Shown piece after piece: positions 45,168 through 60,400 of a stretch of DNA of 64,000 bases (positions are counted from its first letter, which is position 1; each line of letters begins with the position of its first letter). Source of the stretch: Trichoplax adhaerens (taxonomy: Eukaryota > Animalia > Placozoa); NCBI RefSeq assembly GCF_000150275.1, contig NW_002060947.1, forward strand, positions 8,340,043 through 8,404,042, in the 5' to 3' direction. A program made the translations under genes and the position numbers. The notes beneath the pieces were generated by a model that saw only the letters and a list, made by a program, of their open reading frames with translations, made no database searches and was not told the origin of the DNA.

Positions 45168-48100
45168 TTATTTTCTAAACCATGAAGGATTTAATGATAC
45201 TTCCGGCCTTTCATATTCCACAATGATATATTCTTCAGGATTATATCGTCCACCATATTCATGCAGTAGCTCGGACATTGCTTTTTCCTCTAACTATAAT
45301 GATAAACATTTCCTAAAGATTAAATTATGCTATACCAAGTTATTTTGATAAAATCAATACGGTAAAATAAAGTCAATTTACCTGTATTGATGACAAGCTC
45401 TTTTTCCCGCGTCTACATACGCAATTTAAATAGATAAATTAATATTTAGAGCCTAAATAGGTTAATCTCGTATGATATCAATTACTTGACTAGTTAGCTT
45501 TGAAAGAAATTAATGTTTAGTGGTTACTGGAAACTGCATAGTCACTTAATAATGTAGTCAATTATAGAGTACATACCTAAACGAAATATAATTTTCTTCT
45601 GCTTGAGAGCTAACAATGTCTAAAAATCTTGATGTTCCTTTTGAAGGCATTGTTTTCGATGAAGAGCTATAAGACGAATTTGTCAGATATTCATAAATTT
45701 GAACTAAAATAGAAGCGAATAAGAAGAAAATTGACTAATTCATTTGTTTTGAAATACCTGCTTGATTGCACTTTCCTATTATTAGAGCCACGACCATCCA
45801 ACCGGGCAACCTCCTCCTGCTTCATAACATCTCCAAGCGAGAATGATGCACTTTGTTTAACATTGCCCCTGATAAAGTACCATATTGCAGCATTTAAACT
45901 TTGACTCGTAAATATGATATTTCAAAATTATTCAAGATTTAGGCAAATTATATGAATCCTACCAAGGACATTTTGATGATGAGCTAGCTAGCATTTCCGT
46001 TTCATTACTACTTAAGCTAATATTACTACTTGTCGAAATATTCCTTTGACGATTTGACTTTTTCTTAACATCTTGCGCAACTCCCCACTTAATAGCTTCG
46101 TTATAAGTCGTATTATTTGCACTGAAATTGGTTAAAAACCGATGAGTAATGAATGATGCGGGGATAGGTGATATCGACTTTACGTGCTGCATTTAGCTGT
46201 GCCGTTTATGTTACAAAATTAAGCATGAAAGATATCAACCTTTGATATGAGTTTGGCTTCGTCGGATGTAAGGAATCCTATATGTTCAAAATGATAATGA
46301 TTAATATTAGCACTACCTTAGATTAAGATACAGTACTGCGAGTCGAATCCATTGAAAATGATAGCATGCCTGCTGCTTTCTTGCTACTTCTTCTTCTTCT
46401 GCCATGATAGATAGTAGACTATTCGAATTAGCCGATTGAGAACTACATGATGGGAGTGGAATTAATTAAGGAGGCTTAATAGCTATAGTCAGTGCTCTAT
46501 GTTTGCAAGAGTTTATTCCTAATGTTTTCGCTTAGCATACCGTACTCGTATGTTTTATAAAAAAAGAAACACACCTATTCCATTTTTTAACGCGAGAACT
46601 TGCGTTCGTATTAACAGTAGGCTGACTTTTTGATAAAGGTGGTGTATTCTAACAAAACCAAAGCGATAAATTAATAGGATGATTCACAAATGTAATCATA
46701 ACGTAAATATATACAATGATACGATAAGTAAATATCCTAAATTTCCCACTATACTAACATACGTGCATGGTAAATTTTAAAATTTTACTTTGTAAAGCCA
46801 AATAGAAAGGCCTAGAATTAATTATACTCACCTTTGGAGGTTCTGCTGTAACCGTAGCCGCTGTTCCTACCTTTAGTAGCTCAGCTTTTCTCATTTTTTG
46901 ACTACGCTTCTTCTTCTTTTTATTCGATTGAGAAACTGAATTGCTGTTGGTGTTTTCGTTATTTTTGCTTATAGTCGTCGTAAAGCTTGCTTCCTCATTC
47001 GTGGCTTGTTGATTTATTGCTGGTAGTAGCAGAGTATCAGAAGTATCTAATATATCACTCAGGTCATACGCGAGTATGTCAGACATGATACTGTCTTCAA
47101 CTGAGGCAGAAGAATGGGTATTGTCATCAATTTTGCTGCAGGCACCACTACTACTAGGTAGAGTTTTATGGATATCTTTTGTTGGCGTCGAAGTATGCAA
47201 TGATTTTGCTGCTACCGTTGATTTCGGAAGATCGTCCTTTAAGGGTTCAACATTGCTATTGCTTTCCAAAGTTACGAAACTAGCTCCGTCGTTAGAAGCA
47301 GAAGTATAATCAATATGGCTTGATTGGAACGACACAGTTCTGGAAAGAATGCCTGTAATCTTTATTCAGAAAGAAAAAGAGTATTTAGATTTTCAATCAT
47401 TTATTCCGATCATGAAAATATTTAATTTAAAAAAATAAATTACTTCTCCTGCTTACTTTTGTCTTGTACATATCTGATACATTTTCGAGTACTGATAACG
47501 TCACATTGTCAAAAATTCTATATTTTTCAAATTATTAAATTTAATTTAAATTAATATTTGATAAGGCTAATTATCAGTTTCTAAATCAATTGCGAAGTCT
47601 ATAAAAGAGTTATGAATTCGAGGAAACAATTTTAATAATGAGTACCTTCCTTCTAGTAGATAGCCAAGGTTAATACATATAAATTCTATGCAGGCATCAT
47701 TCAATAACTTGGCATTGTACGTTAGCGAGAAATCGGTAAAGGTTATTACAGTTTTGAGGGTGACTATCATGGAAAGAATAGAGAAATCTTTACTTGCTTA
47801 AAGATAGGATATGTAAATATCCACTAGAAGTAGTTACGATTATGGTTATCTCTATCAATCAGGTAGACTTACTGAGCTTTGACAATCTCCATTCACAAAT
47901 TTGTTTCAAATCGGATAAGAGGAGCTAGATTAGTAAAAAGTTAGTATTGAATGAAGGAGTGTCGTAACATACAGAATTTAAGTTCAAAGTTATTGAATAT
48001 ACAGGTATCTAACAGGTACACGTAGATAACGAAATATAAATCTTACATAATCCGCAGCTACAACAATGTTACTGAGAAATTCCGCATCATTGGATTCTGT

Positions 48101-51100
48101 AATTAGCAAATAATGGTTTGAAATTAGAACATCGATATACTAACGAAGTTGTAGCATCAATAAAATTTTTAAATCGGAGTAACCTGTAAACACTTCAGTA
48201 TTATCATTATATATGTATTCCACGATGCATTTTAATAAATCGGAAGGTATCATCAATTTAAGGCGCACTAGACCCGCTTTAGACTATAAAGCATAAATTT
48301 TATTCAACACTTTAGTCAATTAAAATGATTACCTTGGATTTAAGCATGATAAAAATAAAATGTACTGCACCTCTTTCCAGCTGCAAGATAACATGCTAAA
48401 AAAATATTCTATTATCAAAAAAATAAATAATTTCCTATAAATTATCACGTTAAGACATTCTATCAACTAAACATGCTAGAAAAAATCTTATTCAATAGAT
48501 TGTAATGAATAAATAAGTATATGCTGTGGGAATTTTGGGCAATTGTGCTCGCTATTACTTACCGCTACGGTGTATAAACATACATTTGTGGCAACAGAAC
48601 GTTTCACCATCATTACTTTCCAAAGTAAAGTCACTAGATTCTTGGCTAATTAATAATTGAAATGATATCTAATGATTAGAAAATTGATAGAATACAAGTA
48701 CAAGATATCAATAAATACAAGCTGTGATGGAACTAACATGGTGTCATGATTGAAGCATAGTTTTCCTATATTTGCAGTATTTAAATCGTCAGAAAATTGT
48801 TCTCGATAATATAACGCATCGATGCTAAAGTCACAAGCATATTAAATAGAACAGAGTGAGCTTATTTACTAATTAAGTTATCTCTTTCGACATAGTCAAG
48901 AAATAACCTTTCTCGTAACCCTGGAATTTTATAATGCTTCGCAGCTCGACGTAGTTCCTTAACGTTAACCGGAATGTAACCATACTTTGTCTTTTCATAA
49001 TTAGCAGTTGTCGATGCTTGTTCATGCTCCATTTTTTTCCTTGACAATTCTAAACATCAATTCGTCATAGATCATGTACATAACCGTATAATTTAAAAAT
49101 CAGAATTTAAAATAGATTAAAATAATTACCAATGTCAGTTAATGGCAATTTAGAGTTACTTGTCTCCAAGTCCTGCATTTTTTGTCTGCTATAGGCGGTA
49201 TTTCGTTGTAGTAAAATGCAATCGCGGGTATAAATAAATTGTAGAAGATTAATAGCTACGTCGTAACTCATATCGTCGATCTGGTAAATTCCCATAGTAG
49301 CCTCATCAACTGCTCCTTTCCCTAATATTTCGGCGAACGCAATACTTCTGCTGCATAGTACAAATCGATGACACGGTATTACCAAACCGTCGACCTATAT
49401 CCGAGTATAGTAATAGCTAAAGCTTAGGCAAAACAGTGAATATAGGATGATGAGTATACACACTTAATTCTGACAATAAAATTGGATATCCTCCAGATAA
49501 CAAGTTTTTAGCTGCTTTTGTTCCCTTCAGACTCCAGATACACGTATTCGTATTTTATTACAAATAGTTAAGATTAGGTGATGACTTGGCTACTTAAAGG
49601 ATTTACCTTGATGATGATATCGTGGATGTGGTCATTTAAGCTTGCAGTTTGCAGCAATTTAGCCATATCTGCATTCAATTTGGATTCGGACTTGCTCGCA
49701 CGATTATTCATACTGAAAAAAAATAGCATGTTATAGGTAAAAATTGGTTGGTATATAATACTAGTGCACAGTATTTAAGTCATACCCTTGATACGCATCC
49801 CATTGTAGAACTGCAAAATTGGAACCTTTGTCATCCATAGCTACTTGTTTTGCATGATGGACAAGTGGAACACGTTTAAGATCTAAATAGTGGATAACTT
49901 CTGAATTTAATCGGACACAAATTTCAGTTAAGGATAAGGACGACGGCATGGTTGACGATAACTTTGTCGATTCTTTAAATGCTTTCTTTTTAATTTTTCC
50001 ACGATAACATTTGCCATTTTCTGTAGTTGGATAAATTTAATGTTAAGTCAAAGGGCCCACGCTGGCACAGTTAAAATTTGAATAAAAATATATTGCCTGC
50101 TGAAATCAGAACTTTGTTATCTTCGGTAAATGCTATATCCATGATATGCATGTCCGGTTTTTGAGCCCATTTGCAGATATATAACTTCCGATATTCGTTG
50201 GTCCAGGAAAGAAGTTGAAAATTGGGCTTGCAAATAACAAACAACATTATTCGATGTTCATTGGAGTTGGAATTATTTGACGGTATTGCAAAACTCTTAA
50301 GGCGAAGCCGTTCAATAGATTGTTGGCTAAATAGAAAAGATAATGGTATACTGTAGTTAATGTCATCTGAGTTACTAACCACGGTAAAATGTTACAATTG
50401 CTTGTACCCGCGTGGTATTCTAATCTTTCGAATATTAAAATCAGACATAATATAAATTTCTCCAACGTCCGTCGTACAAGCTGTTGCATATTCAGAAGTT
50501 GCCACTATTTGAATTTTTCTCTTGACCAATTCAGTAGAGCTTTCTAGTGATAGACTGCTTACTAATTTTGGTAGGGTAACTTGTCTTTCCATTGCAGCGT
50601 GACCGATCTGGCCGTAATTGGTGCCACAGGTATAAAGTTCTTCATTTGTATGCATAACAGTATGATATGTTCCAGCAGCAATACCAATCATGACCTTATT
50701 ATGTAGATGTTTACTGGAAATCTATATCAGGAATTAGATAACAATCCTATTACCATCAACGGTATGATGTTCTCCGCTACTCTACCGTAACGTTAGTAAA
50801 TATTCATAACAAATATCATACCTGTTTTGGTTTAAGGCATCTTTTGGGTGATGGTACTTGCCCTAACTGATGATAGTTATTCATACCAAAGGTGTAAACG
50901 GCACCTTTATCGGTTAAGAGTACAGTGTGATCACGGGCAGCTGCAATTTGTGCTATTTTTATTCCAGTAATACTGCTAATTTCACTTGCACGTAATGTTG
51001 TTTCTTCATCGGCAATACCTAAGCGGCCACCTTGTCCATGACCACACGTAAAAACTCTTCCATCGTGGGATAAAAATACTGAATGAAACTGGCACATAAC

Positions 51101-52708
51101 AATCTATTGGTATTAATAAAAAAAACATACCATAATTTTAATCGCTATCTATTGGAGATCGCAACAGAGAATTTATCTGCCATGAAAGATCCATCATGAC
51201 TTGCTGATGTAATTATTTCACATAATAATGAATTTATCTAATAGTATCCTGGTATCAGTAGTCAATGCTTTATATCATAATATAGCATAATATTGTCGTA
51301 TCTTTAAATACTCTAAGATAAAGGCAATCTTATTTGGAGTTGTATGCAGCATTGTTAGCTCTAGGATATGACAACATATACATATATATCAGTACTTGTT
51401 TGATGGAAATTGTTTTTGCGGCTTGGCTGGCAGTAATAAATTTAACCCTGCCTGGTAGGCGACAATTCGATTCAGCATGTCCTAAGGTAAAGTTATCATT
51501 TAATCCCCATGTAAATACATGAGCAGGCGGAGATAGATGGAGTGATGGGAACGTCTGCTTTCGATCGATTAGAACCATATCAAGTGGTGTAAGTCCTTCC
51601 CGATCCTCTGCAAAGAGATCTGCACCTAACTGTAACAATTAAAGCAGAGTTATCTTAAATTGTAAGACCGATATAATAGAAAAGTGGATTGAAGATATTA
51701 ATTAAGGCAAAAAAATTAGTAGCAGCATAAGCTACTGTTGTCTATTTATCCCACAGAGTACTGTACCCTAGCCAATGTATCCTAATGTAATTAAGCTTAT
51801 CTACATGTAAAAATGATCATCTGAGGATTGTTTCATATCATAACTGTATAATCGATCTTGCATATCATTCATTCATCTAACAGGATAGAAATACAACTAT
51901 ATAATATTAAATTGAAATATAGTTGCTGTACTTAAACTCGTGCACAGAACTGTTAGTCTATCAAACTCTATATCAACTCTGGTAGGAAAAGTGTTGACTA
52001 TCTTAATGATCTCGTCAATCGTAGTAGCCATGGATTCATCGAGTTTGCTAGAGCTGCCACTATAGTATATTGAATTGATTGTGTTTAGTAACTATTCAAA
52101 GAAGTGCAAGATGTACAGCAAAAATGTAATTCAGAATTTTCCTACCAACATCAGATTACGTTAGCCAAAACTAAACTATACTCCAATTATGGAGCCAAAC
52201 TGTCTCACATCAACAAATATGATAGCTGGTACTATAAATGAGGACAAATGATAGATAACTCTTTAAGTCAAGTCTGTATTACTTTAGACCTAGTTAGTAG
52301 GTCCATTATTGATTAATAGCATACAATATGATATAGGATTCACTGCAAAGATCCATTGCAAGTATGACTCACTTTAACAAGCAATGCCGCAACATCAAGA
52401 TGGCCATAAAAAAGACAACGATGTAATGGCGTCCATCCAGATTCATCATCGCGAGCGTTGACATCTAATTTACGATCCTTGATTAGCCAACGAACTAAAT
52501 CATATCTGCCATAAGATGCGGCCATATGCAATGGCGTCCGACCTAAAGCATCATGTTGATGATCAGCATTAGCACAGCTATGCCATGAAGATTGGATTGA
52601 AATTAAAGATTTCGTAGCAATGGCTTCATTGATCTTTCGACCATGTTCGATTAGCTTGCATTTGGAGGTGCACTGCCAAGTGGATACTTTATTCGATTTG
52701 GTTGCCAT
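45168..52708 (-). CDS. IBTK: Inhibitor of Bruton tyrosine kinase homolog (ankyrin + RCC1 + 2 BTB; CUL3 adaptor), multi-exon
   Basis: N-terminal CTSKCK..EHG; ankyrin repeats DALGRTPLHMAAS and ESGWTPLHRCLFYGH; RCC1 repeats VFTWGLNDNFTLGH, VFTCGHGQGGRLG, VYTFGMNNYHQLG, LYTCGTNYGQIGH; BTB IPCHRFVLCSRS and FCCHKCMFIHRSEYF; low-complexity tail; last exon LEEKAMSELL..YIIVE..SWFRK*. Confidence 0.92.
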
Positions 52709-53589
52709 GGACTCACTGGATAGATAGACAATGATAGTCTGTAAATTTAGTGTCTGGAGCTTTCCTGGATCATGTTGAGAGTTAATTTGAAGGAGTTTAT
52801 CCACAGAGATTTAATCATTCGTGGCCATGTTGCTGGATGGGCGTAGTGAATGATGGCTACTTTTGTGCTGGCTGCCGACTAGGATAGCCATAGTTATAGT
52901 AGGTCAGTGCATTTATCCATAGTCAAGGGTAAGTGGATTGATATGAGGTGGTAGCAGCAGGATAATTTGGCGTAATGTTGTCATGAGACCCTCTGACAAG
53001 GTCGTGTATGGCACTCATACCTTGTGCAAAATATTGTCACCCTTAGACTTTCATCGGATGGTATGCCTAACGCTCGATAGCTGGATTGCTTAAATAAGAT
53101 GAATAGGGGCGACATTTATTTTATGTACTGCTCAACTAGATGGCTACATTATCGATGACATAGTATATTGCATGTTATTTAGTAATGGAAGCAAAGATTT
53201 GTATGAGCATTGACATTGTCCATTTCTCAGACCGTGTACAAAGGCAGAATCAGGCGTTTTAAACAGTTAGTACACGACCATATGCAGCTGGAATTAAAAT
53301 GGAGAGAAGGGTTAATCCTACTTGGATTAAAATAACCCACTTAAAGTAATACCGGAAAAGAAGAATATGAGCAATAAATAATGTCTACTTGTCATATAGC
53401 CTACAAAGATAGACTCATGTGCTTTATACAGCCGGTATACGATAGTATAATGCTAGAATAAATGGAGGAAAGGGTTCTAATACTACTTGAATCAAGATAG
53501 ACCATCCAAAGCTATACCATAGCGTTTAACTGAATAGGAAGATTTTAATAAATTTGATAACTATATTGCTTGGATGGGTACAGGGAAAG

Positions 53590-54080
53590 GAAAGACTATC
53601 AGCAGGAATCATTTCAATCATTCCAGGGTCATTGCAGACTTTGGAAAGGATGCAGTGTGAATATCAGTTGAAATTTGGACATTTTGATTTCGAATTGCTT
53701 ATATAGATAATTTCAAAGACGAAGAACTGTAAGCACAAGTTATTCTAATCATTCCAGGATCGGAACATAATTTCGAAATAGAGCAGCGTTAGCATTAGTT
53801 AAAATTTGGATATTTTCAAATATCCTAATGAATTGAACTGCTCGTATAGGTAATTTGTAGGAAGATAAACTGTTGGCGGATTCTACTCTAGTCATTACTA
53901 GATCAATGCAGACATTTTAAATGGTGTAGTATTAGTATCAGTTAAATTTTGGGAAATGTCTACTTTTATTAAATAAATTAATTAAAGTTTTATATGAAAA
54001 ATTTATAAGGCGAGAGAGCTGCTAGCAGAAAGTCTTTTACTCATTCGAGGATTAAAGCAGATCTTCTAAATAGGATAGTC
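53590..54080. repeat. Highly degenerate tandem repeat, ~4 units of 130-150 bp, between MRPS15 and IBTK
   Basis: Anchor tcattccagg-like at ~53618, 53749, 53892 and 54041; second anchor cagttgaaatttgga / tagttaaaatttgga / cagttaaattttggg at ~53666, 53796 and 53939. Confidence 0.7.
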
Positions 54081-54579
54081 GTATCTGAAGATTTTTCGTT
54101 TTAATATATTCAACTACTTGTATCCATCGTTTAGATGACGAGAATTTTAGTAGGGATGCTATAAGACTTTATTATTTATTGATGACGCTTACAATATCGT
54201 CAGAAATTGACAAAGCAGTACAGTAGCTGCGTTGCACTGCTTTTACATGGTATACCTACGCAGTATTTCTACCAGCAGCAATGATTACTACAATTTGGAG
54301 CAAGACCATTCATTCACTGCACGTAGTTCAGGTTGTCCCAGTACATTGACATATTGAATATCAAATAATAATAGCAAAGATTTCGTATCACAGGATGAGT
54401 CTGGTTTAACCTAATATATCCTATTTCTACTGATGAAATTAGTCAAGGACAACAAAAAGTGTTGTTGATACTGTACAATGGATGCCATGCAATTTATTAT
54501 TGATTTCATAAAATGTGCCGTATGACAGAAAAGCTAGATAAATTGGATAATTTAAAATCGACGCTTCCTTTTTATAGGA

Positions 54580-55996
54580 TTAATTTTGCCATATTTGTGT
54601 TTTATAGTAGGCCTAATTAAGAGCTCTTCCAGTAATTTACAATAGATCGTAAAATCTTTCCGTTTCAAATAATTAAGGTGCTTTTTTCTTTTATCGATCA
54701 TCATCAATAAACGCCTTCGGTTATGCTTATCCTAAAATTGGTATAAACAAGAGTGTTGTCCATTTTTTGGAAAGTTAAAGTATAATCGTAAAGTGTTGTA
54801 TCCACTTTTATAATATTTTAAACGGACTTACCTTTTTATTCAATGTCATATGATATCTCAATCGATGTATACGAGTAGTTAAAATCGCGACTGTATAAGC
54901 GCGGGCAATTATTTCCGTACCATAAATGGGTCCATAAAATAAAGAATAATATTACTAACTGTGATGTGATATAGTAAGCAGACAATGGTAGGCGAATGAA
55001 CAAGCGTTCCATGAAAACTACGGTAGATGTACAAACCTTGTACAGGCGAAGATCCATAATCGTTAGGATGCATTTGATACTTTTTTATCGCCTCATGAAT
55101 CGCCAACCGATTTAACTCCGACTTGAAATTGATAAAGTTATAAACAAACGATGAATTTATTACATACGAGCAAATGGATAACGTCAATACCGTATTTCAA
55201 TACAGCTATCAAGAAAGGCTGAAAGAGCAAGTTTTCGCGTTATTCATAATCAAGCATAAATACGCTTTCTACCTGTCTTGCAAATTCAGTACCAAAAATC
55301 TTCTTGACAATGTCGTCATCGCAACTAAATGATTAAAAATTTCCAAAGATAAGCTTTCATAATATGGGATAACAAACTCAGCTTATCGATTTTGGCCAGC
55401 AACTATCTATTACGTATACTAGTAAAACAGCCAATTAGACCATATGCACATGTATAACATGTTGCATTCTAGGTCATTTACTACTTGCCTCTTTAATTCT
55501 TCAACCTTATTAAATCGATAACATATTTCATCTTTCCTTGCGTGTTTATCGGTAGCTAAAGTAGCTACAAGCAATCGGTTCGATTAGTAATTCATCCAAC
55601 TATCATGATAGAGGATTATTGGTAGCAGGTTCAGAAAGAAGTGAAGCTATACATCACTTACCCAGATTGGTCTTTTGTAATATTGAGACATTCTTTAGAA
55701 GATTGATAGAAGGTATGGGATTGGCTAGGCTTGGCACTATCGATAGCAAAATGAGGATCAATAATATACTAGTACTGTATATAAACGATAGTGCGCAACA
55801 TAGCACGAAAAACTATAAGACAAGTACACTCCATTATTGCAATTTCATTTTAAAAGATGTGAATCAATCGATGCATCATTCTGTCCTTACCCGTGGTGAT
55901 GCAAGAGGCAGTTTTGGATAAGTTACTTGTTAACAAGGTCTTAGCATTAGAAGACAAGGTTAACCGCGATAATAGCTTACAAACAGAAGCCGCCAT
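54580..55996 (-). CDS. MRPS15: Mitochondrial ribosomal protein S15 (uS15m), multi-exon
   Basis: Presequence-like MAASVCKLLSRLTLSSNAKTLLTS (no acidic residues). S15 domain IKKYQMHPNDYGSSPVQ/VAILTTRIHRLRYHMTLNKK/DKHNRRRLLMMIDKRKKHLNYLKRKDFTIYCKLLEEL. Confidence 0.9.
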
Positions 55997-57478
55997 GAGA
56001 ATTGAAGTCAGTTGGCTTTCAGCACGATGATTAAGGGGTTCTCTTCCACGATCTAATGGTTTCAAGCTCAAGGCGATTAGACTAGTGATGGTTTTCCCAA
56101 TCCAACGACAGCCTACAAATCGATTAGATCAATGCTATTGCTTTACTTTGCGAAATCGTGAGATAAAACGAGTGTAATCCAACAACGCTCGCTGGTTAGT
56201 AACTTCTACTGTAGCACAACTCAATTTTGATTCACATTGTTAGAAAAAATATGCATTAGCAAGATCAAATGTTACGTAGATATGTTAGCATGCAACGTAG
56301 TACTGTAGCAGCCATTACGCTTGTCCTTACTGGCATTTCAGATAATTTAACTTATGGAATATCATTGCATGCAAAAAAGAGAAAGAAATACTCATCGCAT
56401 TACCACAGTAATGGATATCAGCACTCAGATCCTGGAAAAATAGTTGGGAGTTTCTTAGCCTGTAGCAATGCGTCAGAATGAAGGACAAGCGTTTCTTTCC
56501 AAGCTAAATTCTTGATGGTGCGAGCTTGCCAAGATGGGGGATGGTGGAGTGCGTTGATGTCTGCTGTCCATCTGTCCACACCACACGTAGTAATACCATG
56601 GCGGTAGATACTACGGAGGATACGGACTTCTGGATGTATAGAGTAGCCTATGGTACACTATGACCGTACGGCATGAGTATGACTATGACTTCGAAATGAC
56701 ATGCAGTGGTTAGAAGGGATTCCAATCAACAAAGTCTAGTCATCAATAACTACTATATCCAAGGCCGACACTTTTTCATGCACCTCTCATAAGAGAATTT
56801 CAAGTCTCAGGTTTGACCAGATGGACCCAGCGAGGAGAAATTCACTTCGTCTCCAGCTGTAATGTACAGAACTTGACTGAGCTTTAGACGCTACCCCGCG
56901 GTTTCCCCTTAACCGCATACAAGCCAACTTGTTATTCAGACACAAGCGGTCAATCCGGGCCGGACAGACATCCCCTACTCCAGCACATTCGTCCGTACCA
57001 TGTCTGAAATCGTACGTTGCAATACAGTCTACAGTATAGCAGTGTCATCTCATCAGGGCTAACGACTCGATGTTGCCCCCGCGGCGTTGTTGACAGGCTG
57101 CGATGGTTTTCCAGCCCCTACGCGTTAGGCCAGCCTTCCATGCTGCAAATTGACAACATTCAATTCTTCGTCTTAGGTAGTTTACAAATTTATACCCTGG
57201 ATTGCTTGATCCCCTGGATCGAGCATAGTGATCCATCCAGCATGTCCTAGCAATGTACTTTAAATAGTCCGATTATTCCATTTGCTATTGGGTAGTCTAG
57301 TCTGGTCATCTTGATTAATTCATAGCATCGTAAAGTGTTGAAAAGGATCGACGGATGACAGCAAGTGATTACAGCCAGTAGAGAAGAAATTAATAGAATT
57401 ATCCATCCAAGAGCGAATTGGCGATCATCATGAGTGTGATCGTCGTTGTATTATAATCTATTTCTAAACCAATCGAAT

Positions 57479-60400
57479 ATGGCGACCGAAGAGAAGGAAG
57501 TAAAAATAGGAAGGTAAGCGAGTAATTATAATCAACGGATTCAATCTCTCGACACACAAGTATGCAATCGCTATCGGCTTATCTAAATTACTTTACCTTA
57601 GATAAATCAATCATCGATGGCGTAATCGATCTTAGCTCATTTCTATAGAATATCTTGTCTTTACTTTATAAAATAAGTTACAAACAGTCACTGTCAGAAT
57701 TGAAAGGCGATTTATGACTTTAGGAGTAAATCAAACATCAATCGATTCCATAATGGTAATCCAACAATGCTGTGGCCTCGTTACGCAGTTGGAACTACAA
57801 GACATGTATTGTCAATTAACATAGAATCAATAATAATCATCAATTTTACTAGGTTTTAATCAAGGATAGAGTAGTCTGCTACAAATATTGTTGTATCCAC
57901 TTGATTAGAGAAATCAATGTAGAAATAGTGATAGTTGGCTTTGGCTGATTTAAGTATATCAAATGATTTTACACAGTACTGTAAGGGCATATGCGCGACA
58001 AGGGTATTGATTCGCAAACCGTTAAAATAATCTTGATGTAAACTCCTTCGGGATTCTTGTGATAGACTTTTTCATCATCACACGTATTCGAATTCTTCAT
58101 GTTTTGTAGGCATCGCAGCTTTCATTCGCATCGTAAACCATCCAATCTAGACGTAACACCACCGTCATCTGCCCGCCGATCCCATTCTTTCAAAATTAAA
58201 TGGCTAAAGAATGTTATACCCATTAAGTTCAGGCCATTTGCCCATTTAGACGACGATAGTCCTATCCAAACCACGGATGATCCAATTTCACCTGCTGGAG
58301 CGGCTGATGTTGTCTTTAGAAAGATTACCCTTCAGTTAGATACACCGACTGTCATAACTGATTTAGAAGATAGCTTAGGTATTAAAGTGCAATTTTATGG
58401 TGAACTTAGTGAAACAATTCAAGAAGGAAAGTTAGATATATTACAAGTAGCGGGTATCGATTCTAATTCTCCAGCATATCGTTGTGGACAGTTATCCATA
58501 GGTAAGCTACTTACAATCAACACTTGAATGTGCAAACAAATTTTAGAAATCATAGGATTAATTTATTATTCTAACATACAATGTAATATTGTTGCATCTT
58601 TGTATTTTTTCCTATTATTTTTAGTCGAAATTATCTTTGTTAAATCAGGATAGATAAGGTTGAGTCAACATTTTTTTATCAATCACTACCCATGATCTCA
58701 TAAGGTATTCTGACTATCTAGGTGATAAGTTGATTTCTATTAATGGACATGAAGTCACTACCAGCAATCTTGATGAGCTATTAAAAAGCCTAGGTGAAGT
58801 TAGCGAGGTAAGTTAGAAAAATATTATATAGCAAGATTCCTGTTATCATTTTTTGCCAGGCCATGCCAAGGTATATCACTCATCGATGGTTCAATGTTGA
58901 TACTTATTCCAATATAGATTGAGTTAGTGGTAACGAGAGTCGCATTTTTGAAAGATGATTTTAAAATTCAACCCGATAAGATAACCAGAATAGATCCTGA
59001 CTTAATTGTTTCTAAAGGCGATACTCGACAAAATGACGAAGAGGTTGATCTCTATCAGGTCCCCCATGTTGCATTATGTTTGACTATGGGATCGTCAGCA
59101 GATGAAGATGGCGATAAGGTTTGCTCTACAATATTCTTTCATTTCCCGCCATATGAAAACGAATCATTGAATGAATCAATAAATGGATAAAGTGGAATTG
59201 ACCAGATGAATGACACATTCTCACATCTACTTTATGTCATCTACACATATTAGGATATTGTCTATAAATTTAGTTTATCTGACACACAAGCCAAGGTGTT
59301 GACTGCTCTGCGTGGATTATTTTTAACCATGAGCGATGTCCTATTGCAAGTTACGTTGGATAATGTATTTGCGTAAGTGAATTTCAATATTCGTTGAATC
59401 AATTAAATTTAAAATTGAAACAGTTTTGTAATTTTTAATTACTATTATAGAACCTCCTTACTCATCGACAAGATGATAACTAATGTAGTATATTACCAAT
59501 TTGAACAAAATTTATTTATATTAGCAGTTCCAGACCAGAGGTAAACTTACAACACGTTTACTGTCTTTATTACCAAAGTATAATTCATTATTGAAACATC
59601 ATTAAGGCTAAAATATTTATTTAAGCCAGTTCAATATTGATATTCAAACATGATTATCATATGATCATAATTTTTAACTTTAAATGACTTACGCCTCATG
59701 ATTGCTTTTGCTATGCACAGATGTGGATTATTTTTGTTAAATAGAACTATTAGAAATATTGCTAGATTACTTAAAGTACTGTACGGATCTTTACACAGGT
59801 ATGAAAATAGCCTTTATAAAATCAGCAATTTGTGTATTTCTCTATCAAATACGTTATAATCTTATTCAAAAATTAATTTTTATGTTAAGTCAATCTTCCT
59901 CTTGATTCTCTAGTGCCTTCTTCAGTACCCAGAATGAACAAAATTTAAATAAGATATTTAAATATGCACTATATCGACTGCTTACACCAGCTACTGATTT
60001 AGCAAGTATGAGATTTTTAAAAGCGTTTTATCCAACTTATTTGGCACACTTGTTTGAAGCTGCGCCAAGTCTTTTTTTACCAAATGTTGATCAGGTATAG
60101 AATTCAGTTGCGCAATGATTCTATTTTAATACTTTTAACCAAACCACCCTATGTAAAATGCCATTCAACATCAGCCATTTTTGATTGATTTCATATCGTG
60201 CTATTTAGAATTTCCATAAAAGTTTATTGTATATTTTAGGCTCTCGTGAGTGGAGCACTGACTAAATTAGAATGTGGGAGCTATTTTCAAATGGTAGGAG
60301 AAATAGCTTTAGATTCTCCTTTTGTGAATTTAGATTGATACATATATTAATAATTTATCAGAAATATCAAGGAAACCTGAATTACTGTTTTTAAATTTCT

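Noticed and set aside
47795-47815. ATATCCTAT on the minus strand as a possible AT-AC U12 donor in IBTK
   Set aside because: It lies inside an ordinary GTAAGT...TAG intron whose removal already restores the frame (LSKL-ITLK).
53612-53710. FNIP-repeat-like peptide (IIPGSLQTL..LKFGHFD) in the degenerate repeat
   Set aside because: The spacing does not fit the family, a stop follows immediately and the other units do not keep the frame.
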